DNA from: Thermoplasmata archaeon
GTDB taxonomy: Archaea > Thermoplasmatota > Thermoplasmata > Lutacidiplasmatales > UBA184
Length of the DNA stretch: 64,000 nt
NCBI GenBank assembly: GCA_021796385.1
Contig: JAJYXQ010000043.1
Coordinates: forward strand, 2,202-66,201
Direction: 5' to 3'
Shown: one piece after another, positions 37,508 through 46,571 of the stretch
Position numbering within the stretch: position 1 is the first letter of the stretch
How the letters are laid out: every line of letters begins with the position of its first letter
Translations under genes and position numbers: made by a program
Notes under the pieces: model-generated
What the model saw: the letters and a program-made list of their open reading frames with translations, nothing else
What the model was told of the DNA's origin: nothing
Databases searched by the model: none

Positions 37508-38311
37508 ATGGGGAAACAGGGGGACAGGAATCCGTTCGATTATACCCGGAAACCCCGGGGGAGTAGGAACGGCATCCTGGTTATCGAGCTCATGGTACTA
37601 ACCGTATCCGTTTTCCTGATCGGCGTGGTGACGGGTGCTGTCCTCGCGCTCATGGAGTATGAAGGGACCTTTCCTCAGGTAAACTCCTCCACGTGGATCG
37701 CCATCGGTACCCTTGGCGTGGCGATCGCTACGGCCGCAACGGCAACGCATGAAGCGCTCAAGGAGCACCGAAGTCGGACCCCGAACCTCCAGTTGGTGCT
37801 GATGGAGTCCACGCACCCCCGGGCCAAGCCGACGGACTTTGGTGGTGTGGTCACGGTAAAGAACCTGGGTCCGGGTACTGCGCGGAATGTCATCGTCACG
37901 ACCTTTGCCTATCCGGTGGGTACGGTCCTCACGGAGTCGCGCGACGAAGCTGTCGGGCCGACGACGTGGTCGGGAGTGGAAGAGCGCGGCGCTTTAGATG
38001 CCGGGGAGGCTTGGGTCATCCAGGCTGAGGAGTTCACTGGCTCTGACGTCAAGGTCCTGCCGAAATTGCCCCCCGGCGACTACTACTATGAATTCCTTCT
38101 CGAAGCGGAGACCGTGTTCGGGTCCCAAATCCGCCCCGTACGGGAGACACTAAGTCGTGTACGTTCCGAACAGGACATCGGGGCAGGCCCCATCAAGGTC
38201 TTCCGCTGGAAGATCGTCCCCGAGGCCGAAGCCATGGCTTCCCGAAGGAAGGCCGAAGCCACCTGGAGACAACGGGCCGAACGATTGGATTCCGGGCCCT
38301 TGCGCCATTGA
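37508..38311 (+). CDS. Hypothetical membrane protein (2 TM plus beta domain)
   Basis: Two hydrophobic helices; VKNLGPGTARNV. Confidence 0.65.
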   Translation: MGKQGDRNPFDYTRKPRGSRNGILVIELMVLTVSVFLIGVVTGAVLALMEYEGTFPQVNSSTWIAIGTLGVAIATAATATHEALKEHRSRTPNLQLVLMESTHPRAKPTDFGGVVTVKNLGPGTARNVIVTTFAYPVGTVLTESRDEAVGPTTWSGVEERGALDAGEAWVIQAEEFTGSDVKVLPKLPPGDYYYEFLLEAETVFGSQIRPVRETLSRVRSEQDIGAGPIKVFRWKIVPEAEAMASRRKAEATWRQRAERLDSGPLRH

Positions 38312-38392
38312 AAGAGGGCTACCACCCCCCCATCGCTCCTTCCTCTTGCAGCCACAAACAGCCTAAATGGGGATTGCAGTAACCCAAGGACG

Positions 38393-40468
38393 ATGGTCAT
38401 GGCAGAGGCGAAGCGAGAGATCCATTGGCGCCCATGGGGTGAGGAGGCTTTCGCCCTCTCCCGGAAACTAGGACGGCCCGTTCTCCTCGATATCGGGGCA
38501 ACCTGGTGTCACTGGTGTCATGTCATGGAGGAGACCACCTACTCCGACGATGAGGTCATTCGCCTGGTGGAAGAGTTCTACGTGCCGATTAAGGTCGACC
38601 GCGACCGGAACCCAGAGATCGACCGTCGGTACCAGTCGCTTGTCGGCTCTGTCACGGGAGAGGGAGGATGGCCTCTCACGGCGATCCTGACTCCGGAAGG
38701 GGACCTCATCACGGGCGGTACCTACTTCCCGGCCAAAGATGGGGGAGGGCGCCCTGGTCTGCGTCGGGTACTCCGGGACACGGCGAATCAATGGCGCACG
38801 CGGTCCAAAACCGGAGGCCTCGACACGTATCGCCTAGGCACGGGTGAACCGAAAGTGCCCTTATCGTCGGATGGGGAGGCACAACGGAAGTTCCTCGGCA
38901 GTGTATCGGATTCTATCGAGACCAATTTTGACGAACTCCATGGGGGATTCGGCCTGGCTCCGAAGTTCCCTCACCCGTTTTCGGTCTCGCTTGCGTTCGC
39001 TCTGGAGCACAGTCAACACAACGAGCGGTTAGGTCGTATCGCTTGGGAAACCTTGAAGCACATGGCCGACGGGGGCGTCCACGACCAGCTCGGTGGGGGG
39101 TTCCACCGGTACTCCGTGGACGCAGCGTGGCACATTCCTCACTTTGAGAAGCTTGCCATCGACCAGGCCTTCCTTCTTAGGAATTTCCTCGAGCTCCACG
39201 CCGTCTCGCACGATGAGGAAGCTCTATTGGTGGTACGCGGCATCGTCGGATTTTGCCGGGAAGTGCTCTCGGATTCCCATCCAGGATTGGCCTCGAGCCA
39301 GGACGCAGATCGCTTTCCGGGAGACGATGGCAGTTACTTCACGTGGACCCGACGGGAGCTTGCTGAGCATCTCACGCGAGAAGAACTTCGCGTGGTCCAG
39401 CACCGTTTCGGCATCGACACCGACGGGACCATGCCTCATGACCCCGACCAGAACGTGCTCTATCGGCTCTTTTCAAACAAAGAGATCGCTGAAGCGATGG
39501 GGCTTTCAGAAGAAGAAGTGGGAAGGCTCCTCGGTTCGGCCCTGCAGAAGATGCGGGGCCTACGCGCTTCCCGTAAAGTGCCTGCCGTCGATGTTACCCG
39601 ATATGCCAGTGTGAATGGCTATCTAGCAGGGGCACTGGCGCTCGCGGGAAGAGTGCTCGGAGACACTGAGCTCGTGCAGGCTGCGGAAGCAGCTGTGGGC
39701 CTGTTCATCTCTCCAAAGATAGCCCAACGTGGGGTTCCCCATGAGGTCAGCCGGGATGGCGACCCGCGCGGATGGGGAATCCTGGAGGATCAGGCATCGA
39801 TTGCCTGGGGTCTTCTCGATCTGGCAGAAGTGACGGGAAAAAAGTCACTTCTGGACAGTGCCCACAGCCTGCTTGAATTCATCTCCACCAAATTCACCGA
39901 TTCATCGGGTTTGCTCTCGGATATTGCTCCCGATGTGTTTGATGGACATATCCCCTCAAGCGCAGGGCAACAACGCTTTCCACTGGAGGATACACCCCTT
40001 CTCTCACCCAATGCTGCCGTGGCTCTGGCGTGGGAAAGGTTCGCGGACCTGTCGGGAGAGACCGGGGCTACCGATCGGGCATGGAAGCTCTTCACAGCCG
40101 CGATTCCACATCTGGAGGGGACCGGTTTCTTTGCCTCAAGCATGGCACTTGCCGCTCATTTGCACACAATCGAGCCCGTCAAGGTCACGATCGTTGGGGA
40201 CCGTGCAAGGTCCCAGGAGCTACTCCGCTCCGCTCTCGAAACGTTTCATCCTCGAAAAGTAGTTTTGGATGGTCGAGCATTCGATGGGATGACGTTGCCG
40301 CCAGAGTCCGAAGCATCTCTCTCCCAGGACAGCGCTGACGCTTTCGCCATCATTTGCATCGGGAACCGTTGTCTCAGTCCGGAAAGAGATCCGGTAAGGC
40401 TGTCCGAAAGCATAAGGACGGCCGGTCGCGGCGCGAAAGATGGGAAGGGACCTACACTCCCCGGATAG
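38393..40468 (+). CDS. Thioredoxin-domain / DUF255 (YyaL/SSP411-like) protein
   Basis: [31 protein letters not shown]. Confidence 0.93.
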   Translation: MVMAEAKREIHWRPWGEEAFALSRKLGRPVLLDIGATWCHWCHVMEETTYSDDEVIRLVEEFYVPIKVDRDRNPEIDRRYQSLVGSVTGEGGWPLTAILTPEGDLITGGTYFPAKDGGGRPGLRRVLRDTANQWRTRSKTGGLDTYRLGTGEPKVPLSSDGEAQRKFLGSVSDSIETNFDELHGGFGLAPKFPHPFSVSLAFALEHSQHNERLGRIAWETLKHMADGGVHDQLGGGFHRYSVDAAWHIPHFEKLAIDQAFLLRNFLELHAVSHDEEALLVVRGIVGFCREVLSDSHPGLASSQDADRFPGDDGSYFTWTRRELAEHLTREELRVVQHRFGIDTDGTMPHDPDQNVLYRLFSNKEIAEAMGLSEEEVGRLLGSALQKMRGLRASRKVPAVDVTRYASVNGYLAGALALAGRVLGDTELVQAAEAAVGLFISPKIAQRGVPHEVSRDGDPRGWGILEDQASIAWGLLDLAEVTGKKSLLDSAHSLLEFISTKFTDSSGLLSDIAPDVFDGHIPSSAGQQRFPLEDTPLLSPNAAVALAWERFADLSGETGATDRAWKLFTAAIPHLEGTGFFASSMALAAHLHTIEPVKVTIVGDRARSQELLRSALETFHPRKVVLDGRAFDGMTLPPESEASLSQDSADAFAIICIGNRCLSPERDPVRLSESIRTAGRGAKDGKGPTLPG

Positions 40469-40511
40469 CGATACTAACAAGCTAATACCCCCCCTCGCTT
40501 CGGTCGATTCG

Positions 40512-40985
40512 ATGCCGCGGGTCAGCGTGGTAATGGGAAGCAAGAACGATTATGATTGCATGTCGAGCGCTGTTTCTCTCCTGAAAGACTTTGGAGTGGA
40601 GACGGAGGCTCTGGTGGTGTCTGCGCACCGAACTCCGGAACGACTCTTCGAATTTTCAAGGAACGCTGCCAAACGTGGCATTGAGGTCATTATCGCCGGT
40701 GCCGGTGGGGCCGCCCACCTTCCGGGTATGGTCGCCTCAATGACAACCCTCCCAGTCATCGGTGTCCCTGTTCCGAGCAAACACCTTTCGGGCATCGATT
40801 CTCTGTTGTCCATCGTGCAGATGCCGCTCGGGGTACCGGTGGCGACTGTTGCCATCGGCAATGCTGCCAATGCCGCTCTCTTGGCCGTGCGAATACTTGG
40901 TCTTAGTGACCCTGTACTGGCGGGAAAGATGGAAAAGTACATGGCGGACCAGACGGCAAATACATTGAAAGCCAGTTTAGATTAG
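40512..40985 (+). CDS. purE: N5-CAIR mutase
   Basis: [27 protein letters not shown]. Confidence 0.97.
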   Translation: MPRVSVVMGSKNDYDCMSSAVSLLKDFGVETEALVVSAHRTPERLFEFSRNAAKRGIEVIIAGAGGAAHLPGMVASMTTLPVIGVPVPSKHLSGIDSLLSIVQMPLGVPVATVAIGNAANAALLAVRILGLSDPVLAGKMEKYMADQTANTLKASLD

Positions 40986-41140
40986 TAAGGTGAGTACCCT
41001 GTCAAATCTCCTGGTCGGAAAGGGTACGCAGCCCGTACTTTTCATCCTCACCGAAAAGGTCCGCCAAATTCATGCCCCTGGTACAGCTTACCCTTTAATG
41101 CAAGATCTGTGAAGGGACCCATGCATTGGGAGATTCCAAA

Positions 41141-42229
41141 ATGAAAGTAGGGATCATTGGTGCTGGACAGCTCGGGTGGATGATGATCACCGAAGGGAGG
41201 AAGCTGCAGCACCAATACCTTGTTCTTAGTGAGAATCCAGGACCGGCATCCAAGGTAGCGGACGGAAATTTTTCTTTAAGGGATTATCGGAGGTTTGTTG
41301 ATAAGTGTGATGTGGTGACCCCAGAATTCGAACACACGAACCCCTCGATATTCGAGTACGCCCAAGAGCAGGGAAAACTCCTCCCTTCCATGGACGCTCT
41401 TTCACTGAAAGTCGACCGCTCGCTAGAGAAGAGTTTCTTGGCGGAACACGGGTTCCCGGTTGCCAAGTTCAGTGTCGCCCGGGAAGGTGCGGAGGCAATC
41501 AAAATGGCAAAGGCTTTCGGTCGTTCAGTGATCAAAGCTTCGAAGGGGGGATACGACGGAAAGGGGCAGTACTACATCGGCGAGACCGGGAGGTTGCCCA
41601 CGGAAGCACTTACTGCCCCGGGCTACGTGGTGGAAGAATTCATTGAGTTCGAGACAGAGGCATCGATCATCGCGTCCCGGGATCGAGACGGAGTGAAGCT
41701 CTTTCACCCGCCCTCACTGAACAAGAACCTGAATGGTATCCTGTTCTCAAATGAGGCACCCTGTGAAGATTACGGCATGAAGCGGATAACCTCTCGGTTG
41801 ATGGACTCGTTGGGTTACGTAGGGGTGATGGCCGTCGAATTCTTTATCGTCAACGGGAAAGCCATCGTGAATGAATTTGCGCCTCGAGTGCATAACTCGG
41901 GCCATCACACTTTGCACGGTTCCTCCATATCCCAGTTTGAACAACACATCCGCGTTATCACGGACCTTCCCGTGACTTCACCCGAGCTCTTCCGACCTAG
42001 TGGCATCGTCAATGCCGTCGGTTTGAATGTCGATCGTCACCTTCAGGAGGCCGTACTCTCGATCCCAGAGACGCACTCGTACTCCTACGGGAAGCAAGAG
42101 ACGCGCCCCGGCCGCAAGATGGGGCACGTTAACCTTACCGCTGAGGGCCTAAAGACCCTGAGGAAAAGGTCGGCTCAGGTCGTAAACGCCCTCTATGGCA
42201 ACGACCCATCCGAAAATTTCGGTTCTTGA
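41141..42229 (+). CDS. purK: N5-CAIR synthase
   Basis: GAGQLG.M, GYDGKGQ, NEFAPRVHNSGH, RKMGH. Confidence 0.96.
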   Translation: MKVGIIGAGQLGWMMITEGRKLQHQYLVLSENPGPASKVADGNFSLRDYRRFVDKCDVVTPEFEHTNPSIFEYAQEQGKLLPSMDALSLKVDRSLEKSFLAEHGFPVAKFSVAREGAEAIKMAKAFGRSVIKASKGGYDGKGQYYIGETGRLPTEALTAPGYVVEEFIEFETEASIIASRDRDGVKLFHPPSLNKNLNGILFSNEAPCEDYGMKRITSRLMDSLGYVGVMAVEFFIVNGKAIVNEFAPRVHNSGHHTLHGSSISQFEQHIRVITDLPVTSPELFRPSGIVNAVGLNVDRHLQEAVLSIPETHSYSYGKQETRPGRKMGHVNLTAEGLKTLRKRSAQVVNALYGNDPSENFGS

Positions 42230-43353
42230 GCCAAACCTTGGTCCCCGCGCCCCGTCCTCCGTTTTCTGCCGCGGACATGGATTACGCGTCCATCGGCAGC
42301 GCGCACTAGGCGGTCCATGACGGCGAGACCTAAGCCGCGGATGGGTATCCCCTCGACCAGCATCTCTTGGACACCCGAAGCGTCGGCATCTCTCAGAACA
42401 CGAAAAAGACGAGAAGCCACAGTACTGGGAGTATATCGCGAGCCGAATTTCCATACCCCCTCCCCTTTCAACGGGGACTCCCAGCTCACTAAGAGCGCCA
42501 AGGATATGTGCAGCTGGCGCAATGCACTCCGGCGCAGACGCATCGCCTCCCAGACCAAAGAAGGGGGACCAACGTAGAGCGTCACCCTCGCCTTGGGAGC
42601 ATAGTGCCGATGGCGCAATCCGGGAGACCGGGGCGGGTTGGTGTCCGTCGCGGAATTTTCTCTGAAAAATGTAGGTAACACGATCGACGGGGCGACCTTC
42701 CGAATTCGTTCAACGGAAAGTCCCCCGGGGCGCAGTACCACGGGCGGGGAGGTTCGGACATCTATGACCGTCGACTCAACCCCAATCGGCGAGTTTCCGG
42801 CAAGGAGAAGGACGTCCACCTTGCCAGATAGTTCTTGCAACAAGTAAGCCGGGGAGGTGAGGCTGGGCCGGCTTGAGAGGTTCGCACTGGGAGCGGCGAC
42901 AGGAACCCCCGCCCCCGCAATCAGCTGACGGGCAATGGGATGGTTTGGAACGCGCACCGCCACGCTGTCCATACCCGCGGTCGTCACCTTAGGGACATCG
43001 GATCTCGCCGGCAACACCAAGGTCAATGGCCCCGGCCAAAAATTAGCGGCCAAGCGCTTGGCCAAGGCAGGCACCTGTTGGGCCACGAGGGGAAGATCGT
43101 CGACGGAGGACAGATGAACTATCAAGGGATTGTCGGAAGGTCTACCCTTGACGCGAAAGATATCACGTACGGCCCTTTCGGAAAGGGCATTGGCCCCGAG
43201 CCCGTACACGGTCTCCGTGGGAAATACAACAAGGCCTCCCTTCCTTAGGACTGTGGATGCATAGGCTAGCGCCCTTTGGTCATCCTTTCCTCCAGAAAGG
43301 CGAAATATGCGGGTCCGACGACGTCGGAGTCGTGCCTCCTTGGATTTGCGCAT
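42193..43353 (-). CDS. sua5: L-threonylcarbamoyladenylate synthase (Sua5)
   Basis: FPTETVYGLGA, KGRPSDNPLIVH, PSAN.S, SPG..RHYAP. Confidence 0.96.
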   Translation of the reverse strand: MRKSKEARLRRRRTRIFRLSGGKDDQRALAYASTVLRKGGLVVFPTETVYGLGANALSERAVRDIFRVKGRPSDNPLIVHLSSVDDLPLVAQQVPALAKRLAANFWPGPLTLVLPARSDVPKVTTAGMDSVAVRVPNHPIARQLIAGAGVPVAAPSANLSSRPSLTSPAYLLQELSGKVDVLLLAGNSPIGVESTVIDVRTSPPVVLRPGGLSVERIRKVAPSIVLPTFFRENSATDTNPPRSPGLRHRHYAPKARVTLYVGPPSLVWEAMRLRRSALRQLHISLALLVSWESPLKGEGVWKFGSRYTPSTVASRLFRVLRDADASGVQEMLVEGIPIRGLGLAVMDRLVRAADGRVIHVRGRKRRTGRGDQGLAQEPKFSDGSLP

Positions 43354-43380
43354 AAACAGCCCCTAGCCCTCAGTGGAGAG

Positions 43381-44850
43381 TCATTGGCCCTGTCCTAAGG
43401 AAAATCCCGGTTTACCATCGAAAGTGAAAAGCCCTTCGGTCTTTATGGGAGGCAACCCTGCCGTCACAAGCCGGGATTCAAGTGCGATGATCTCTTCATG
43501 AGTGACTTTTCCAATGCCGTTGGGATTTTGGAAGCGGCAACGCCAGTGGTCAACACAGAAGGTCTCAGATATCCCGCCGGGATAGACTTTTGTCCCTCGA
43601 TTTGTGATCATCACAAGGCGGAGTTCAGGAGAGGACAATTTCTCAAGGTCCTTGCCCAAGGCCTCTGGGGAGCCAAGCCACTCGACAAAGACATCCACGC
43701 CCACGAGTTCCTTGTGTGCGCGCGGGCGTTCTCGGGGTTTAGCAACAATTGGGGGACTGTGCACCGGGTAGCTTACCTCCTTCAACACCTGCGGTTTCGT
43801 TCCAAGACGTTCGATCACCGCGTTCGCAAACTCGCTTGTGCTGACTTTGGCTTTTGAACGGGAGGGATCGTAGATGTCGTACGTGTGTACTCCATCTTCG
43901 ATGGTTCGTAACCAAGCGTTCTGAACTCGGGTCGCCACATCCCCCTGGCCAATGTGAACAAGCATACGCACCCCAGCCAAGAGCAATCCGGATGGGTTCG
44001 CCATATTTTGTCCCGCGCGTTTGGGAGCGGACCCGTGGATCGCTTCAAACATCGCCACTTCACTTCCTATGTTCTCGCTGCCCACTAGACCGACAGAGCC
44101 CGCGATTTGAGCGGCCACATCGGACAAAATGTCCCCGTAAAGGTTCGGGAGAACCAGTACGTCGAACTGTTCCGGGGTATTCGCCATCTTTGCCGCACCA
44201 ATGTCGACGATCATGTGCTCACTGGTCAGGTCGGGATACTCGATCGCCACCTCATCAAACACCTGGTGGAACAAGCCATCGGTTTGTTTCATGATGTTGT
44301 CCTTGGTAAAACACGTTACCTTGCGACGGCCGTAGCGACGGGCGTATTCGAAGGCGTATCGGACCACTCGCTCTGTACCGGGTCTTGAAATCAGCTTGAG
44401 GCACTGGGTCACTTCATCTGTTTGGCGATGCTCTATTCCGCCATAGAGGTCTTCTTCGTTCTCACGGACGATAACCATGTCCATTCCGGGATGCTTTGTA
44501 GCGATGAACGGCTCATAGGAAAGGCACGGCCGAACGTTCGCGAAGAGCCCCAACGTTTTTCGGACGGTCACATTGAGGCTCTTGAACCCACCGCCTTCCG
44601 GAGTGGTCACGGGGGCTTTCAGGAATACCTTGGTTCTTCGAAGCGACTCCCAGGCTACGGGTTCAATGCCGGCGGTGATTCCTCTATCGTAGACCGCCCT
44701 GCCTATCTGGATCACTTCCGGAGCTAGGCGCGCCCCCCCCGCGTTTAGGATGCGAAGGGTGGCATCCATGATCTCGGGGCCTATCCCATCACCGTACGCT
44801 ACCGTGATCGGCACCGCCGAACCGGAGACTTCGTTACTTGTGGTCGACAT
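43381..44850 (-). CDS. icd: NADP-dependent isocitrate dehydrogenase (long form)
   Basis: GDGIGPEI, KSLNVT.RK, NLYGDILSD, EAIHGSAP, FSLGQGQ end. Confidence 0.93.
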   Translation of the reverse strand: MSTTSNEVSGSAVPITVAYGDGIGPEIMDATLRILNAGGARLAPEVIQIGRAVYDRGITAGIEPVAWESLRRTKVFLKAPVTTPEGGGFKSLNVTVRKTLGLFANVRPCLSYEPFIATKHPGMDMVIVRENEEDLYGGIEHRQTDEVTQCLKLISRPGTERVVRYAFEYARRYGRRKVTCFTKDNIMKQTDGLFHQVFDEVAIEYPDLTSEHMIVDIGAAKMANTPEQFDVLVLPNLYGDILSDVAAQIAGSVGLVGSENIGSEVAMFEAIHGSAPKRAGQNMANPSGLLLAGVRMLVHIGQGDVATRVQNAWLRTIEDGVHTYDIYDPSRSKAKVSTSEFANAVIERLGTKPQVLKEVSYPVHSPPIVAKPRERPRAHKELVGVDVFVEWLGSPEALGKDLEKLSSPELRLVMITNRGTKVYPGGISETFCVDHWRCRFQNPNGIGKVTHEEIIALESRLVTAGLPPIKTEGLFTFDGKPGFSLGQGQ

Positions 44851-45198
44851 GTCACCGCATAGGTTTCACACTATAAATCCTGCGGAGTTTGGCTTTCCCG
44901 TGCACGCTCGGATAGCGATTTGCCGGCGGGGGCAATTCTCTTTCTTCCGGATGCAGTGTCCATCCGTCAAGGGAAGTCCCGGTCGCCCTTTCATGAGCGG
45001 GCGGACCGTCAGTCCGCTTTCCTACGAGCTCGAGCTTGCGCCATCCGCCCTTGAGATCCGAAGTCTCCCATGACTCCGTACTTCTCGAAGCGGCTTTCCG
45101 CGGGGTTCGGGTCTTTATCGGTATTCTGGGTAGCCCGGTGCGGCGCAAACGTCCAATTCAGGTGAAAGACGGAAATACTCTTGGTCTTCTGTCGAGTC

Positions 45199-45498
45199 AT
45201 GGCCTGGCGGATATTTGAACTCCCAGCCGAGAAGAAAGAGGCGCTTGAACTGGTATTGCAAGACAATGTTCTATGGCGCCAAACGCGAATATTCAAGGAG
45301 GCCTCCCTCTACGGTGGCAAGGCTGGAGATTATTACCTTTACATGAACGGAGCGGACGAAGCGATGGCCCGGGCGGACACGATGGTCCCTCCCATCGGAA
45401 AGAAGCTGACCGGGGCCGATGCGGAGAAAGTGTACGCCCAGATCCGGGAGGAGGAAGATCGGGCCGCTTCTGGAATGGGGATGATATTCCCCGATTGA
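45199..45498 (+). CDS. Small hypothetical protein
   Basis: Clean ORF ending IREEEDRAASGMGMIF; coupled to nth. Confidence 0.75.
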   Translation: MAWRIFELPAEKKEALELVLQDNVLWRQTRIFKEASLYGGKAGDYYLYMNGADEAMARADTMVPPIGKKLTGADAEKVYAQIREEEDRAASGMGMIFPD

Positions 45499-46571
45499 AG
45501 GCCACCCCGATCCCGACCTTGCCTGAACGGGCCTTACGATTGGCTCGCCCGCCCGGTACCCGGCTCCCTTGGGGTAGGGTTCTCAATATTCTGGAACGAC
45601 GATATTCTGTCGGGAAATGGAAGGTACCCCACTTGAATGCGCGACACCCTGACCCGTTTCAGGTGCTCGTTAGCACGATCCTCTCGCAGCGCACTCAAGA
45701 CCAGGTCACGTATGGTGTCGCAGACGAACTGCTGAACCCCCACCCGACACCAGAGGAACTTTCGAAATTGAGCGTGGGCGAGATCGAGAGGATCATCCAT
45801 CGCGTGGGCTTCCCTCGGCCGAAGGCTGAGGCCATTTCGAAGATATGTCGAATCCTACTGGAGAGATACCATGGGGAGGTTCCCCGTGAGATGGACACGC
45901 TTCTAGGACTGCCCATGGTCGGGCGTAAGACGGCAGGCTGTGTAATCGTCTACGGGTTTGATGGGGACGCCCTGCCTGTGGACACTCATGTCCACCGAAT
46001 ATCGAACCGTCTTGGGGTGGTCCGGACCCGGACCCCTGAAGAGACCGAGATGGCGTTAATGGCCATCGTGCCGAAACCCCTATGGAAGAAGGTGAACCCC
46101 CTCCTTGTCCAGCACGGGCAGAACATCTGCCGTCCAATCGGTCCCCGATGCGGAGAATGTCCTATCTCACGCTACTGTCTTTTCTACCGGAACCAGCCCC
46201 GAAGCAACGCAGGGACGTCGGGGGTTCGAAAGGGGAGCGTTAGTAAGGCGACGAAATCCTCGGGGGCTCTAGTCCCGGGTCATGATGGTGTATCGAACCC
46301 GGGTCCCGGCAAGCGCGCTATGCAACTTACGAATGATGGCCCCATACTGTTCCGGTGTCTCCCAAGCGACCGAGAAATCGTAGTCACCCACCTCGGTGCG
46401 GAACCCCATCTTCTTCAGATCTTCAACCATATCGAGCGGCCCGGCTCCTTCACTGCTGAAATACATCTTGACGTAGGTTCTCATGGACGACTCCGCGCAG
46501 GTTCGAAAGGGACCCGAATCCATAAAAGCTTTGTGTGGAACGATTGTCGGTCCCCTCCCAACTATGGATGA
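45495..46571 (+). CDS. nth: Endonuclease III (C-terminal read-through suspicious)
   Basis: PFQVLVSTILSQRT, LPMVGRKTA, VDTHVHR, C-x6-C-x2-C-x5-C; homology ends near 46200. Confidence 0.9.
   Translation: MKATPIPTLPERALRLARPPGTRLPWGRVLNILERRYSVGKWKVPHLNARHPDPFQVLVSTILSQRTQDQVTYGVADELLNPHPTPEELSKLSVGEIERIIHRVGFPRPKAEAISKICRILLERYHGEVPREMDTLLGLPMVGRKTAGCVIVYGFDGDALPVDTHVHRISNRLGVVRTRTPEETEMALMAIVPKPLWKKVNPLLVQHGQNICRPIGPRCGECPISRYCLFYRNQPRSNAGTSGVRKGSVSKATKSSGALVPGHDGVSNPGPGKRAMQLTNDGPILFRCLPSDREIVVTHLGAEPHLLQIFNHIERPGSFTAEIHLDVGSHGRLRAGSKGTRIHKSFVWNDCRSPPNYG
46269..46484 (-). CDS. Small hypothetical protein
   Basis: MRTYVKMYFSSEG...GDYDF...LH.AL.GT.V.Y; alternating beta/alpha pattern. Confidence 0.7.
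   Translation of the reverse strand: MRTYVKMYFSSEGAGPLDMVEDLKKMGFRTEVGDYDFSVAWETPEQYGAIIRKLHSALAGTRVRYTIMTRD

Noticed and set aside
44851-45198. RNase P or SRP RNA in the icd divergent spacer
   Set aside because: Conserved signature motifs not found on either strand
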